NCBI GenBank assembly: GCA_030726915.1
Contig: JANRCR010000031.1
Coordinates: forward strand, 7,672-71,671
DNA length: 64,000 bases
Origin: Candidatus Nanopelagicales bacterium
Lineage (GTDB): Bacteria > Actinomycetota > Actinomycetes > S36-B12
Reading direction: 5' to 3'
The position numbers were made by a program, and so were the translations under genes. The notes beneath the pieces were generated by a model that was not told the origin of the DNA, did no database searches, and saw nothing but the letters and a program-made list of their open reading frames with translations. Shown piece after piece: positions 9,345 through 20,165 of the stretch. How positions within the stretch are numbered: position 1 is the stretch's first letter; the number at the start of each line of letters is the position of its first letter.

Positions 9345-9797
9345 CTAGTCGAGAGTGCAGGGCCAGGTTACGGTCGTGCGGGGCTCGGGGACCTCCGGAC
9401 CGTCGAGGTAGGTCTCCCAGGGAGCCCCCGTCGGGCGGTGCCCCGAGGTCGTGAACCACTCCTCGATCGCCTGGTACGCAGCTGCAACCCCCTCATACGG
9501 ACCGACGTGCGTGGTGAGGGCCGCCATCCCACCGGGCAGGGTGATCGTGTGGACGTCCCCGTCGAGGTCGAGGTCCGCTGGGCACGGGAAGCCGGCATCC
9601 ACTGTGAAGCCGCCGTCGACCATGTCGTAGCGGGCAAAGGGCTTGCCATCGACGGGTACGGCGGCGCGTGCCAGGGCGCCGAGGACCTTGTCGAATGCCT
9701 CCGCGAGGAAACCGCCAACCTCGCCCATGCTGCATGTGCCAGACAGGACTGCCGCATGCTGAGAGTCGATCTCCACCGTGTGGATGTCGTAACCCAT
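9345..9797 (-). CDS. GyrI-like small-molecule binding protein
   Basis: GKPFARY, LPGG..A...HVGPYEG, GAPWETYL; GGAGG RBS. Confidence 0.85.
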   Translation of the reverse strand: MGYDIHTVEIDSQHAAVLSGTCSMGEVGGFLAEAFDKVLGALARAAVPVDGKPFARYDMVDGGFTVDAGFPCPADLDLDGDVHTITLPGGMAALTTHVGPYEGVAAAYQAIEEWFTTSGHRPTGAPWETYLDGPEVPEPRTTVTWPCTLD

Positions 9798-9818
9798 GAC
9801 GCACCTCCTAGGGCAAGC

Positions 9819-11093
9819 CTACGCCGCGGTCAGCTCACGCTGACGTGGACGGGTGATCGCCAGTGACAGGCCGGCGGCGAGGACTGCGAGGAGTCCGGCA
9901 AGCCACCACGCGGTGGCGTAGTCACCCGCTGCGACGCGGATCCAGCCCGACACTGCTGCGGCGAATGCGGCACCCACCATATGCGCGGCGAACACCCAGC
10001 CGAAGACGATGGCTCCGCGCTCGACGCCGTAGATCTCCCGGCAGAGCGTCACCGTCGGCGGCACCGTCGCGACCCAGTCGAGGCCGAAGAGCACCATGAC
10101 GAGGAGCAGCGGCGGCTCGATCTCCGGACCGAGGATGAAGGGGATGGCCAGGAGCGCTACGCCACGCAGTGAGTAGTAGACGGCGAGCAGGATGCGCGGG
10201 TCGATTCGGTCGGTGAGCCAGCCCGATCCCACCGTGCCGACGATGTCGAAGATTCCGACGATCACGAGGAGGCTGGCCGCGGTCGTGGCGCCGACGCCGT
10301 GGTCGTGCATGGCAGGGACGAAGTGGCTGCTGATGATCCCGTTGGTGGTCCATCCGCAGATAGCGAAGGTGATCGCGAGGAGCCAGAAGGCGCGCGTGCG
10401 GGCGGCATCCCGAAGGACAACGAGGGCGCCTGCGGCGGCCCGCCATCCGCTGTGCGTCGTATTGGCCTCGAGCTCGGGCATCGAGTCCGCGCCATACGGG
10501 GCGAGCCCGAGATCAGACGGCCGGTCGCGCATCACGAGCGCGACGACGGGGATGAGCGCGGCACTGAGCACGGCGACGAGAAGGGAGGCGGAGCGCCAGC
10601 CCTGATGCTCGATGAGTCGCGCGAGAATCGGCAGGAAGACGAGTTGGCCCGTCGCCCAGGCGGCGCCGAAGACGCCGACCACCAGTCCTCGTCGCTTGGT
10701 GAACCATCGGTTGGCGACGAGGGCGCCGAAGACCAGTGCCGTGGAGCCGGTCCCGAGTCCGACAAGCACGCCCCAGAGCAGCACGAGTTGCCACGACGCG
10801 GTCATCACCGCCGTGAGCCCTGTGCCGAGAGCCAGCAGCGCTAGGGCCCCGACGGCGATCCGACGTACTCCGAACCGCTCCATAAGAGCGGCGGCGAAAG
10901 GTGCCGTGACTCCGTAGATGACGAGATTGACCGAGATGGCCAGCGAGGTCACGGAGCGCGACCAACCGAGGTCGTCCTCAATAGGGACGATCATCACGCC
11001 CTGCGACGAGCGGAACGCCGCGGAGGCGATGAGGACGAGGAAGGTGACCAGGGCCACCCACCACGCGCGGTGGATCCTCAGAAGAGACCGCAC
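9819..11093 (-). CDS. MFS transporter (OFA/MCT-like)
   Basis: About 12 TM segments, ERFGVR and DRIDPR loops, [12 protein letters not shown]; probable GTG at 11093 overlapping the fhs end (ORF-track start 11465 is over-extended). Confidence 0.85.
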   Translation of the reverse strand: MRSLLRIHRAWWVALVTFLVLIASAAFRSSQGVMIVPIEDDLGWSRSVTSLAISVNLVIYGVTAPFAAALMERFGVRRIAVGALALLALGTGLTAVMTASWQLVLLWGVLVGLGTGSTALVFGALVANRWFTKRRGLVVGVFGAAWATGQLVFLPILARLIEHQGWRSASLLVAVLSAALIPVVALVMRDRPSDLGLAPYGADSMPELEANTTHSGWRAAAGALVVLRDAARTRAFWLLAITFAICGWTTNGIISSHFVPAMHDHGVGATTAASLLVIVGIFDIVGTVGSGWLTDRIDPRILLAVYYSLRGVALLAIPFILGPEIEPPLLLVMVLFGLDWVATVPPTVTLCREIYGVERGAIVFGWVFAAHMVGAAFAAAVSGWIRVAAGDYATAWWLAGLLAVLAAGLSLAITRPRQRELTAA

Positions 11094-12745
11094 ACCGCAC
11101 CGTCCACGAGGTTGATCTTCTCTGCGGACGGCACCTTGGGTAGGCCGGGCATTGTCATGATGTCCCCGCAGACCACCACGACGAATTCGGCTCCTGCGGA
11201 CAGACGCACCTCGCGCACGTCCAGGACATGTCCACTGGGCGCTCCGCGCAGGGCAGCATCGGTGGAGAAGGAGTACTGCGTCTTGGCAATGCACACGGGA
11301 AGGTGGCCGTAGCCCATGTCCTGCAACTCCCGAAGTTGCGTGCGAACCTTGGAGCTCGCGGTCACCTCGTCGGCTCGGTAGACACGGGTGGCGATGGCCT
11401 CGATCTTCTCCCACAGGGTCGCCTCGTCGGGGTAGACGAAGGTGACCTCGCTCGGCGTCTCGCACATGGTGACGACCGCGCGGGCGAGATCCTCGGTGCC
11501 GGCACCACCATCAGCCCAGTGTGTGGCGAGCACCACCTGCGCGCCGGCGTCGGCCACGAGGCGACGGAGCAGGTCGACCTCCGCCACCGTGTCGGATGTG
11601 AAGTTGTTGATCGACACGATGCAGGGGACGCCGTAGACGTCACGAACGTTCTCGATGTGGCGGCGGAGATTGACGACTCCCTTCTCCAGGGACCCGAGAT
11701 CCTCATCGGTGATTGTCTTGAGGTCGGCACCCCCGTGGTATTTCAATGCTCGAATCGTGGCGACGATGACCGCGGCTGATGGGCGCAGTCCTGATTTGCG
11801 GCACTTGATATCAATGAACTTCTCGGCTCCCAGGTCAGCCCCGAAGCCTGCCTCGGTGACGACATAGTCGGCCAGCTTCATGGCACCGGCCGTTGCGATC
11901 ACCGTGTTGCACCCGTGGGCAATGTTGGCGAAGGGCCCACCGTGCACGAAGGCTGGCGTGTGCTCCAGGGTCTGCACCAGGTTGGGCTGGAAGGCATCCT
12001 TGAGCAGCACGGTCATGGCACCATCCGCATTGAGGTCGCGAGCGCGGATGGGCTCCTTATCGCGGGTGTAGCCGATGATGATGTTGCCGAGCCGGGCACG
12101 CAGGTCATCCAGCGATATCGCAAGGCAGAAGATTGCCATGACCTCTGATGCGACCACGATGTCGAAGCCGTCCTCGCGCGGATAACCATTGGCCGGGCCC
12201 CCGAGCCCGACCACAATGTCGCGCAGCGCACGGTCGTTCATATCAACGACTCGCTTCCACGTGATGCGGCGGACGTCGATGCCCAGCGCATTGCCGTGGT
12301 GGATGTGGTTATCGATGAGCGCGGACAGCAGATTGTTGGCGAGGCCGATCGCGCTGAAGTCTCCCGTGAAGTGGAGGTTGATGTCCTCCATGGGGACCAC
12401 CTGGGCGTAGCCGCCGCCAGCGGCGCCCCCCTTCATGCCGAAGACCGGGCCGAGGGAAGGCTCGCGCAGGCAGATCATCGCGTCCTTGCCGATGCGGCGT
12501 AGGCCATCCCCGAGACCGACGGTGGTCGTCGTCTTGCCCTCGCCCGCCGGGGTGGGACTGATGGCCGTCACGAGGATGAGATGAGATCCGGGCCGCTCGG
12601 GGAGTCCGTCGAGGAAGGCTGTCGAGACCTTGGCCTTGTAGTGGCCGTAGGGCACAAGGGCCTCGTCAGGAATCCCCAACGTGGCTGCCACCTCGTTGAT
12701 GCGAGTCATCTGGGTGGCCTGGGCGATCTCGATGTCGCTGAGCAT
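11078..12745 (-). CDS. fhs: Formate--tetrahydrofolate ligase
   Basis: [49 protein letters not shown]. Confidence 0.97.
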   Translation of the reverse strand: MLSDIEIAQATQMTRINEVAATLGIPDEALVPYGHYKAKVSTAFLDGLPERPGSHLILVTAISPTPAGEGKTTTTVGLGDGLRRIGKDAMICLREPSLGPVFGMKGGAAGGGYAQVVPMEDINLHFTGDFSAIGLANNLLSALIDNHIHHGNALGIDVRRITWKRVVDMNDRALRDIVVGLGGPANGYPREDGFDIVVASEVMAIFCLAISLDDLRARLGNIIIGYTRDKEPIRARDLNADGAMTVLLKDAFQPNLVQTLEHTPAFVHGGPFANIAHGCNTVIATAGAMKLADYVVTEAGFGADLGAEKFIDIKCRKSGLRPSAAVIVATIRALKYHGGADLKTITDEDLGSLEKGVVNLRRHIENVRDVYGVPCIVSINNFTSDTVAEVDLLRRLVADAGAQVVLATHWADGGAGTEDLARAVVTMCETPSEVTFVYPDEATLWEKIEAIATRVYRADEVTASSKVRTQLRELQDMGYGHLPVCIAKTQYSFSTDAALRGAPSGHVLDVREVRLSAGAEFVVVVCGDIMTMPGLPKVPSAEKINLVDGAVCGLF

Positions 12746-12748
12746 GGA

Positions 12749-13708
12749 CTATCCCTTCGCTGCGCGGACAGCCTCGACGATGGCAGGCATCACCGTGGCC
12801 GCGTCCCCGATGACGGCGTAATCAGCAAACGACATGATCGTTGCATCCGGATCGGAGTTGATGGCAATCATTGTCTTGGCATTCTTGCATCCGGCGATGT
12901 GCTGAGTGGCACCGCTGATGCCGATCGCAATGTAGAGGTCGGGAGCGACCTTGGTGCCGGTCTGGCCCACCTGCTCCGCGTGCGGACGCCATCCCGCGGA
13001 TGTGACGACGCGTGAGCATCCCACCGTCCCACCGAGGAGTTCAGCCAACTCTTCGAGCGGTCCGAAGCCAGCTTCACCGACGCCACGCCCACCGGAGACG
13101 ACAACCTTGGCTTCCGCGAGGCTCACGCCGCCGCCCCCGCCGCCGGTGCGCTCAAGGACGCGCACGGCGAGATCAGCAGGGGTGAGATCGGGAGCAAACT
13201 CCACGATGGCTGCAGGGGCGCTACCCGACTGGGGATCCGCAGCGAACACATGCAGTGCTGTTGTGGCGTAGAGCATGGGCGCATGGACGCGCGCCTCCTC
13301 AAACACGTTGCCGGCCCAGCGATAGCGCGTCACCTCGGAGACACCATCCCCCAGGGTTATGGAGGTGCAGTCCGCGGCGAAGGGCTCATCCATGATGGCT
13401 GCCGCATGGGCGAGCACCTCATTGCCGCGGGGGGATCCCGCAGCGAGGACGGCGGTGGGCTGCAGGCGCTCCGCGAGCTGTGAGACAGCGCGCCCAGCTG
13501 CCATCGGGGCATAGTCGGTCAGGCCGTCATGCACGCCGACGTGCGCGGTCGCTACGCCGAACTCACCGAGTCGAGGCGCCAGGGCGACCGCATCCACACC
13601 GATGAGGACAGCCTGGACATCCGCGTCAATTCCGCGCGCGGCGGCTAACGCTTGGAGCGACAGCTCATCCAGCACACCACGGTCATGGTCGACATATACG
13701 AGAATCAC
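12749..13708 (-). CDS. etfA: Electron transfer flavoprotein alpha subunit
   Basis: VVSGGRGVG, QVGQTG, GISGATQHIAG, AINSD. Confidence 0.93.
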   Translation of the reverse strand: MILVYVDHDRGVLDELSLQALAAARGIDADVQAVLIGVDAVALAPRLGEFGVATAHVGVHDGLTDYAPMAAGRAVSQLAERLQPTAVLAAGSPRGNEVLAHAAAIMDEPFAADCTSITLGDGVSEVTRYRWAGNVFEEARVHAPMLYATTALHVFAADPQSGSAPAAIVEFAPDLTPADLAVRVLERTGGGGGGVSLAEAKVVVSGGRGVGEAGFGPLEELAELLGGTVGCSRVVTSAGWRPHAEQVGQTGTKVAPDLYIAIGISGATQHIAGCKNAKTMIAINSDPDATIMSFADYAVIGDAATVMPAIVEAVRAAKG

Positions 13709-14469
13709 GTGAGGACTCCAATCTCTTTGAGGACCTCAACGACCCTGGGTGCGGCCTCGGGGCCGGTGCCGAGCACCGTGGCGGTGCCCGTCTCCTGGGG
13801 AGGCAGGGCCAGCCTGATCTTCTCCAGTCGCGCGGGCGTTGCCGTGGGGGCCACCGTGTCGATGGGCTTCTTGCGCGCCTTGATGCGGCCCGGCACCGAT
13901 GGGTAGCGCGGGATATTGACGCCATCCTTCACCGCAATGACGGCGGGCAGCGAGACTTCATAAACCTCCCGGTCGGTGCCGACGACGCGCTCGCATCGAG
14001 CCACACCACCGGTCACCGACAGGCCTTTGACGTTGGTGACGATGGGCCAGCCCAGGGCGTGGGCAATGCGCACCCCCACCTGATAGCCCGAGGTATCGGC
14101 GGACTCCGTGCCCACGATGACCATGTCGTAGGTGGTCGCATCGTCACGGATGGCGCTCGCGAGGGCCGCGGCGGTCGCCTGGGGATCCCACTCATCGGCG
14201 CCGGTTTCGAGAAGGACTCCCCGGGAGACACCGACCGCCATGAGTTCACGGATCTGCTCGGTGGAGTCGGCCGTGCCCAGTGAGAACGCCGTCACCTCTC
14301 CACCGTCCGCCTCAATCAGTTGTACGGCGGCTTCGGTGGCGCACTCCTCATGTGGGCTGAGGGTCCAGCCCATCGCACTGCCGCTGGTGTCGATGGCGGT
14401 CGCATCGGGGGTGAGACTCCAGCGCCCCGGTGAGAGGGGCACGCGCTTGATGCACACAGCGACATTCAC
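13705..14469 (-). CDS. etfB: Electron transfer flavoprotein beta subunit
   Basis: VCIKRVP N-terminus, G.ESAD...QVG, N.PRYPS. Confidence 0.92.
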   Translation of the reverse strand: MNVAVCIKRVPLSPGRWSLTPDATAIDTSGSAMGWTLSPHEECATEAAVQLIEADGGEVTAFSLGTADSTEQIRELMAVGVSRGVLLETGADEWDPQATAAALASAIRDDATTYDMVIVGTESADTSGYQVGVRIAHALGWPIVTNVKGLSVTGGVARCERVVGTDREVYEVSLPAVIAVKDGVNIPRYPSVPGRIKARKKPIDTVAPTATPARLEKIRLALPPQETGTATVLGTGPEAAPRVVEVLKEIGVLT

Positions 14470-16973
14470 GCCAGGATCCGATCGTTGGCCGCGTCAAAGA
14501 CGGCTCCACTGCCCTCGACCGTGACGGGATACTGCTCGCCGAGGTATTCCACGAGCAGGTGCGTGCCGGGAGCGGCGTACTCCGCCGGCAGGTAGGACAT
14601 GAGGATGTGTTTGCCGACGGAGGGGCCGGCTCCCGCGGAGGTGACGTAGGAGCGGCGTCCGTGTGCGTCGGTAATGGGGCCGCCGTCCTTCGTGAGGATC
14701 GGCTCCTTGCCCAGCATGTAGCGCTTCTCGCCCGTGGAGGAGGTGTGGTCGTCGACCGTGAGCAGACACATGACCGTGGCCACCGGCTCATCACGCTGGC
14801 GCAGATGCGCCTGCTTGCCGATGAAGTCGGCGTCCTTGATCTTCTTGGGGCTCATGCCCGCTTCGATGATCGTGTACTCGCTTTCGAGCTCGGCGCCGTA
14901 CGCCCGATAGCCCTTCTCAAGTCGTCCGGTCGTCCCGTAGACGCCGATACCCACCGGGATGAGCCCGTGATCCTGCCCCGCCGCCCAGAGGGCATCCCAC
15001 ACCGCGAGGCCCTCGGACATGGGGACGTAGATCTCCCAGCCGAGGTCACCCACATAGGAGATTCGGGAGGCGAGCACCGTCTGCCCGGCGATGGTGATGT
15101 CGCGGCACGTGCCGAATCCGAAACCTTCGTTGCTCACGTCGGCATCGGTGACCGAGGCCAGGATGGCGCGCGCATGCGGGCCCCAGAGGCCGATGGTCGA
15201 CATCGCCTCGGTGAGATCAGTGAAGGTCGCTTCGGGTGCGGCGTTGTCCTTGAACCACTTGAGATCGCTCATGCCGTGTGCCCCGCCGGTGACGACGCGG
15301 TAGTGATCATCACCGAGTCGCATCACGGTGAGGTCGGACTTGAAGCCGCCGCCGGGGGAGAGGACGGGGGTGTAGATGACCTTGCCAACGGCAACATCCA
15401 TCTGTCGCATGCAGACGCGCTGCACGGTGGCAAGTGCACCGGGGCCGGTGATGTCGAAGAGCGCAAAGGCCGTCAGGTCGACAATGCCGGCCGTCTCCCG
15501 CATCTGCAGATGCTCGGCGTTGATGATGGGCGACCACCAGCGGGAGTCCCACTCGGCTACGCGGGGCATGACGGCATCGCCGTACTTCTCAAGCAGGCCG
15601 GCGTTGGAGTCGTACCAGAAGGGGCGCTCCCACATCACCGTCTCGTAGAAGACTGCGCCAAGAGCCTTCTCGCGCTCGAAGTAGGGCGAGATCCGGACCT
15701 CGCGATTGGAGGACCACTGCTCGGCCGGATGCACGATGCCGTAGGTCTTATTGAAGCCCTCCGCTGTGCGGTCCTTGATGTGCTTGGTCGTCGTCTGCTG
15801 GGGATAGAAGCGCGCGACATCAGAGGCGTGGACATCGATCTCGGGCTCGCCGAGGATCATCCACTCGGCGATGGCGCGTCCGACGCCGGGACCTTCCTTG
15901 ACCCAGACCGCGGATGCGGCCCACAGGCCCTTGACCTCCGGCGTCTCGCCCAGGATCGGCATGCCGTCGGGTGTGAGGGAGAGGATGCCGTTGATCGCGT
16001 ACTTCTCGCCTATCGTCTCATCGCCAACGATGTCGGGCATGAGCTCCAGCGCGTACTCATCCTGCTCGGCGAAGTCATCGGGGGTGAACGGAAACTCGGT
16101 GGGGGAGAGCGCGGCCTCGGCGTTCGACGGGATGTCCTCGGCGTCGTAGAGCATCGGGCGATGGGCGTAGGAGCCGATCTCCAGGCCCGTGCCGTGCTGG
16201 CGCTCGTACATGTTGGTGTCCATGTCGCGGACGATCGGGTACTCGATGTCGCCCTTGGCATCGGCAAACATGGGGACGGTGCCGATGTCCTTCATCTGAT
16301 GGACGGCGGGGGTGAGGGGGATCTCAGCGCCCGCCATCGCGGCGATCTGGCGGCTCCAGCAGCCGCAGGCGATGACGGCGTACTCGCAGTTGATGGTGCC
16401 CTGATCGGTGACCACCGCGGTGATGCGGCCGTCGACCACGGTCAGGTCATCGACCTCGACATTGGCGAAGGACTGCAGCGCACCCATCTCGACGGCCTTC
16501 TCGCGCATGATCGTGCCCATGCGCAGCGAATCAACGACACCGACTCCCTCGGTGTAGAAGCCGCCGAGGATCACCGTCTCATCGATGAACGGCACCATGT
16601 CCTTGACCTGGTCGGGTGTGAGCAGTGACATGCCCTCAACGCCCCAGGACTTGCCCGATGTGATGCGGCGGGTGAGCTCCTGCATGCGCTCGGGGGTGCG
16701 AGCAACCTCGATGCCGCCGCACTTGGTGAAGGTGCCGAACTCCTCGTACTGGCGCACGCTGTCGAGCGTGAGCTCCGCCATCTCCTTGGTGTGATCGACC
16801 AGGAAGATGAAGTTCGAGGCGTGCCCGGTGGAGCCGCCGGGGTTGGGCAGCGGTCCCTTGTCGATCTGGACGATGTCGGTCCAGCCCAGACGAGCCAGGT
16901 GGTAGGCCACGGAGTTGCCCACGATCCCGGCACCGATGACGACGCACTTCGCGGAGCTCGGCAGGTTGCTCAT
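14466..16973 (-). CDS. Dimethylglycine/sarcosine dehydrogenase family (FAD-binding DAO domain + GcvT THF-binding domain)
   Basis: IGAGIVG, GGSTGHAS (covalent-FAD His position), TPDG.P.LG, WERPFW, RISYVGDLGWE, RLEKGYR; 835 aa. Confidence 0.9.
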   Translation of the reverse strand: MSNLPSSAKCVVIGAGIVGNSVAYHLARLGWTDIVQIDKGPLPNPGGSTGHASNFIFLVDHTKEMAELTLDSVRQYEEFGTFTKCGGIEVARTPERMQELTRRITSGKSWGVEGMSLLTPDQVKDMVPFIDETVILGGFYTEGVGVVDSLRMGTIMREKAVEMGALQSFANVEVDDLTVVDGRITAVVTDQGTINCEYAVIACGCWSRQIAAMAGAEIPLTPAVHQMKDIGTVPMFADAKGDIEYPIVRDMDTNMYERQHGTGLEIGSYAHRPMLYDAEDIPSNAEAALSPTEFPFTPDDFAEQDEYALELMPDIVGDETIGEKYAINGILSLTPDGMPILGETPEVKGLWAASAVWVKEGPGVGRAIAEWMILGEPEIDVHASDVARFYPQQTTTKHIKDRTAEGFNKTYGIVHPAEQWSSNREVRISPYFEREKALGAVFYETVMWERPFWYDSNAGLLEKYGDAVMPRVAEWDSRWWSPIINAEHLQMRETAGIVDLTAFALFDITGPGALATVQRVCMRQMDVAVGKVIYTPVLSPGGGFKSDLTVMRLGDDHYRVVTGGAHGMSDLKWFKDNAAPEATFTDLTEAMSTIGLWGPHARAILASVTDADVSNEGFGFGTCRDITIAGQTVLASRISYVGDLGWEIYVPMSEGLAVWDALWAAGQDHGLIPVGIGVYGTTGRLEKGYRAYGAELESEYTIIEAGMSPKKIKDADFIGKQAHLRQRDEPVATVMCLLTVDDHTSSTGEKRYMLGKEPILTKDGGPITDAHGRRSYVTSAGAGPSVGKHILMSYLPAEYAAPGTHLLVEYLGEQYPVTVEGSGAVFDAANDRILA

Positions 16974-17028
16974 GTTGGATGATTCCCTTCGTTTGGTGCT
17001 GACTGGGCTTATGGGGAGTGGCTAGTTT

Positions 17029-17697
17029 TCAGATTGCTCGACGTACCTCGGCTTCGAAGCCCGTGACGTGTGAGGACATGACCTGTGCAGCGCGATCGGC
17101 GTCACCCTCGCGAATGGCGACCAGCAGGTCGCGATGCTCGGCCACCGCATCACCCAGGTGGCTGACGCGGTCGAGGGCGAGGAACCAGATGCGCAGGGCG
17201 TGCATGTAGTGCTCAATACATACGCCCTGGAGGAAGTCGTTATGAGCGCAGCGGTAGACGTGATGGTGGATGCGCTGGTCGAGTTCGATGAGGATACGCA
17301 TATCGGGATCGTGGGCATTTGTGTCGATGGCGGCAAGGAGGTCATCGATGACCTCGAGATCCTCAACGGTCCGTCGCTGCGCTGCCAGGCGTGCGGCGTA
17401 CGGCTCGAGTTGTTCACGAACCTCAGACAGGGCAGCGAGGTCGCGCGGATCGAGGGCGGCGACGAACATGCCTCGGCGTGGGTAGACGTCGACGAGGCGC
17501 TCATGGGCCAGGGTGCGCAATGCCTCCCGGATCGGTGTCCGTCCCAGGCCCAGCCGCTGCTGCAAATCGGGCTCGCTGAGCAGGGAACCCGGGGCCAATT
17601 CGAGGGTGACGATGAGTGCCCGAATGTCCCGGTAGGCGTGGTCTGACTGAGACTCTCCACCGGTGAGGTCGGGTTGCACGAGTTGGAGTGCGGACAC
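17029..17697 (-). CDS. GntR/FCD family transcriptional regulator
   Basis: LAPGSLLSE..L...LGLGRTPIREAL HTH; FCD His residues (H..VY, EH, H). Confidence 0.92.
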   Translation of the reverse strand: MSALQLVQPDLTGGESQSDHAYRDIRALIVTLELAPGSLLSEPDLQQRLGLGRTPIREALRTLAHERLVDVYPRRGMFVAALDPRDLAALSEVREQLEPYAARLAAQRRTVEDLEVIDDLLAAIDTNAHDPDMRILIELDQRIHHHVYRCAHNDFLQGVCIEHYMHALRIWFLALDRVSHLGDAVAEHRDLLVAIREGDADRAAQVMSSHVTGFEAEVRRAI

Positions 17698-17702
17698 GTC
17701 AT

Positions 17703-17736
17703 AGATATATCAGTTGTCGATCAACATGTACATCAG
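17703..17736. promoter_or_regulatory. Putative GntR operators/divergent promoter (GATATATC and ATGTACAT palindromes)
   Basis: AT-rich patch directly upstream of gntR with two related palindromic cores, each followed by AG/CAG (CTGATATATC and CTGATGTACA on the minus strand). Confidence 0.5.
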
Positions 17737-17792
17737 ACCCCCGGATCCGGCCGCCAGACGGGTCCGGCAACGTGACCCTCGCCCACTAGGTT

Positions 17793-19925
17793 GTGCCCAT
17801 GCGCGCAAATCGGACGTTGCCCATAGCCGCTGCATCTCTCCTTCTCCTGGGGTCCGTGGCGATCCCGGTCGCCGCGGGGGCCGCGCCTGGCCTGGCCTAC
17901 CCGCCCGCCGAGCGGTCAACGCACGTCGACACCTACTTCGGCGTCGACGTCGCGGACCCCTACCGCTGGATGGAGGATCCCGAGGACGCGCGCACGCAGG
18001 CGTGGGTCGACGCGCAGGCGAGTCTTGCCTCGACGTACCTCGAAGGCCTGCCCACCCGCGCCGCGCGCGCCGAGCAGATGGCCGAGTTGCTCGAGCAGCC
18101 CTTGTTGGGACAGCCCGTGAGCGCAGGGGGAAGGCTCTTCTGGATTGCAAACGATGGCGTGCAGGCGCAGTCGGTGCTCTACCAGTCGTCGGGCGGCATC
18201 AAGGAGGGCGCGGTCCTGCTCGACCCCAACACGCTCTCCGCTGACGGCACCGTCTCACTCGCGTCCTGGTCCCCCAGCCCCAACGGGCGCTACGTCGCAT
18301 GGGCCAGCTCCGACGGCGGATCGGACTGGCAGACGTGGCGCATCCGTGATGTACGCACAGGTAGGGACCTGCGCGCGGTCCTGCGCTGGTCAAAGTTCGT
18401 CGGCGCCGTATGGGCGCCAGACTCCTCCGGCTTCTACTACGTGCGGTACCCCACGCCGACGGACCCGCTGGAGTCAGTCAACGTCGGCATTCAGGTCCGC
18501 TTCCACCAGCTCGGACGATCGGGCGACACCTCGACGCTCATCTACACCGACAGGCAGCGCCCCGAGACGTTCGCGGTGCCGGTCGCCGCCCCCGGTTTCG
18601 ATCGTCAGTGGATCTCCCTCGGGGCGCCCGAGGGCGGCAACGGCCTCGCCTACAACGCCGGCTCCCCCACGAATCCGCGCATTCGGATCCTGCCTCTCCC
18701 GCAGGATCTGTCCTCCTACTCCATCATCACGCAAGGACGCAACCACATCATCGTGCAGACCGACCGCGGGGCTCCTCAGTCGAGGATCGTGCGCATCCGG
18801 CTGGACAGGCCGGGGCCGCGGCACTGGCAGGAGATCGTGCGCGAGCGGGCCGATGCGATCGACCAGGTGGGCATTGTCGATCGCCAGTTCGTGGTCGTCT
18901 ATCTCTCTGACGCCGCGAGCCGCGTGCGCATTTTCTCGCCGCGGGGGCGTGCTCTCGGCACCCTGCCGCTGCCCGGCATCGGCCAGGTGCTGCGAGTCTC
19001 CGATCGGGAGGGCCCCGGCGGCTTCCTCTCCTACACGAGCTTCACTCAGCCCAGACAGGTGCTCACGTTCACTCCGAGGGACCGGCGCACACGCGAGTGG
19101 TACTCCGCACCCGTGCCCTTCGACCCTGCCGACTACATCACCGAGCAGGTCTGGACGACGAGCAAGGACGGCACGCGCGTGCCCGCTTTCGTCAGCCGAC
19201 TGCGCAGTGTGACCCCCGGACCGTCCACGCCGACGTGGCTTTACGGATACGGCGGCTTCAACATCTCCGAAACCCCGGCATACTCACCCGATGCGATCGC
19301 GTGGATGCAAGAAGGCGGTGTCTACGTCGTCGCAAACATCCGCGGTGGTGGGGAGTTCGGTCGGAATTGGCACCGCGCGGGCACTCTGCTGCGCAAGCAG
19401 AACACCTTCGACGACTTCATCGGAGTCGCCGAGTGGCTTATCGCGGAAGGCCAGACGTCGCCCGCGCACCTGGTGGCTAACGGGATCAGCAACGGCGGCC
19501 TGCTGGCCGGCGCCGTGCTCACCCAGCGCCCCGATCTCTTCGCTGCTGTCATCCCTGAGGTCGGCGTACTCGACATGCTGCGCTACCAGTACTTCACCAT
19601 CGGCTACGGCTGGGCGAGTGACTACGGCCGCAGCGACGACAGTAAGGAGATGTTCGAGTACCTCCTCGGTTACTCACCCCTGCACACCGTGCGCGCGGGC
19701 GTGGACTATCCGGCGACGCTCGTCATGACCGCCGCACGGGACGACCGGGTCGTGCCCGCGCACAGCTTCAAGTTTGCCGCCACGCTGCAGCACGCCAACC
19801 CCGACGGGGAGCCGATGCTCATCCGCATCGAGACGCAGGCCGGGCACGGCGCGGGCTCCTCACTGCAGCAGCGCATCGATCGGTCCACGGACCGGTTGGC
19901 CTTCATGGACGCCCACGCGGGCTAG
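17793..19925 (+). CDS. Secreted prolyl oligopeptidase (S9A)
   Basis: Signal peptide, DPYRWME, YGYGGF, NIRGGGEFG, GISNGG (Ser), DDRV (Asp), AGHG (His). Confidence 0.93.
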   Translation: MPMRANRTLPIAAASLLLLGSVAIPVAAGAAPGLAYPPAERSTHVDTYFGVDVADPYRWMEDPEDARTQAWVDAQASLASTYLEGLPTRAARAEQMAELLEQPLLGQPVSAGGRLFWIANDGVQAQSVLYQSSGGIKEGAVLLDPNTLSADGTVSLASWSPSPNGRYVAWASSDGGSDWQTWRIRDVRTGRDLRAVLRWSKFVGAVWAPDSSGFYYVRYPTPTDPLESVNVGIQVRFHQLGRSGDTSTLIYTDRQRPETFAVPVAAPGFDRQWISLGAPEGGNGLAYNAGSPTNPRIRILPLPQDLSSYSIITQGRNHIIVQTDRGAPQSRIVRIRLDRPGPRHWQEIVRERADAIDQVGIVDRQFVVVYLSDAASRVRIFSPRGRALGTLPLPGIGQVLRVSDREGPGGFLSYTSFTQPRQVLTFTPRDRRTREWYSAPVPFDPADYITEQVWTTSKDGTRVPAFVSRLRSVTPGPSTPTWLYGYGGFNISETPAYSPDAIAWMQEGGVYVVANIRGGGEFGRNWHRAGTLLRKQNTFDDFIGVAEWLIAEGQTSPAHLVANGISNGGLLAGAVLTQRPDLFAAVIPEVGVLDMLRYQYFTIGYGWASDYGRSDDSKEMFEYLLGYSPLHTVRAGVDYPATLVMTAARDDRVVPAHSFKFAATLQHANPDGEPMLIRIETQAGHGAGSSLQQRIDRSTDRLAFMDAHAG

Positions 19926-20040
19926 CCCGTCCCCGAGGATTCCTCCCGTGCAGACAGCCGCGCCGCGATCCACCGCGGGGACGGTCGCCATGTCCTACCT
20001 CGCCGCGGCGGGGGCCTTCGTCACGGCACTCATCGCGGAA

Positions 20041-20110
20041 TGTCAGTTCCACCGGGAGCGTGTTCATTGACCCGGGATTACCCCGGCAACAACGCCAAGG
20101 CGAGAAGCCA
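20041..20110 (+). mobile_element. Decayed IS3-family transposase fragment (left)
   Basis: Reads CQF/TGSVFIDPGLPRQ/NA with frameshifts, resembling the IS3 WCRF..TGxxFIDPGSPWQNA motif. Confidence 0.5.
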
Positions 20111-20165
20111 CATAGCATCGTGGCACTAGATCGTTCCGATGTGTGTTTGCTTGGAGGTGCTCGTT

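Noticed and set aside
14559-16628. 689-aa plus-strand ORF
   Set aside because: Antisense shadow of the dehydrogenase caused by high-GC codon bias; no motifs
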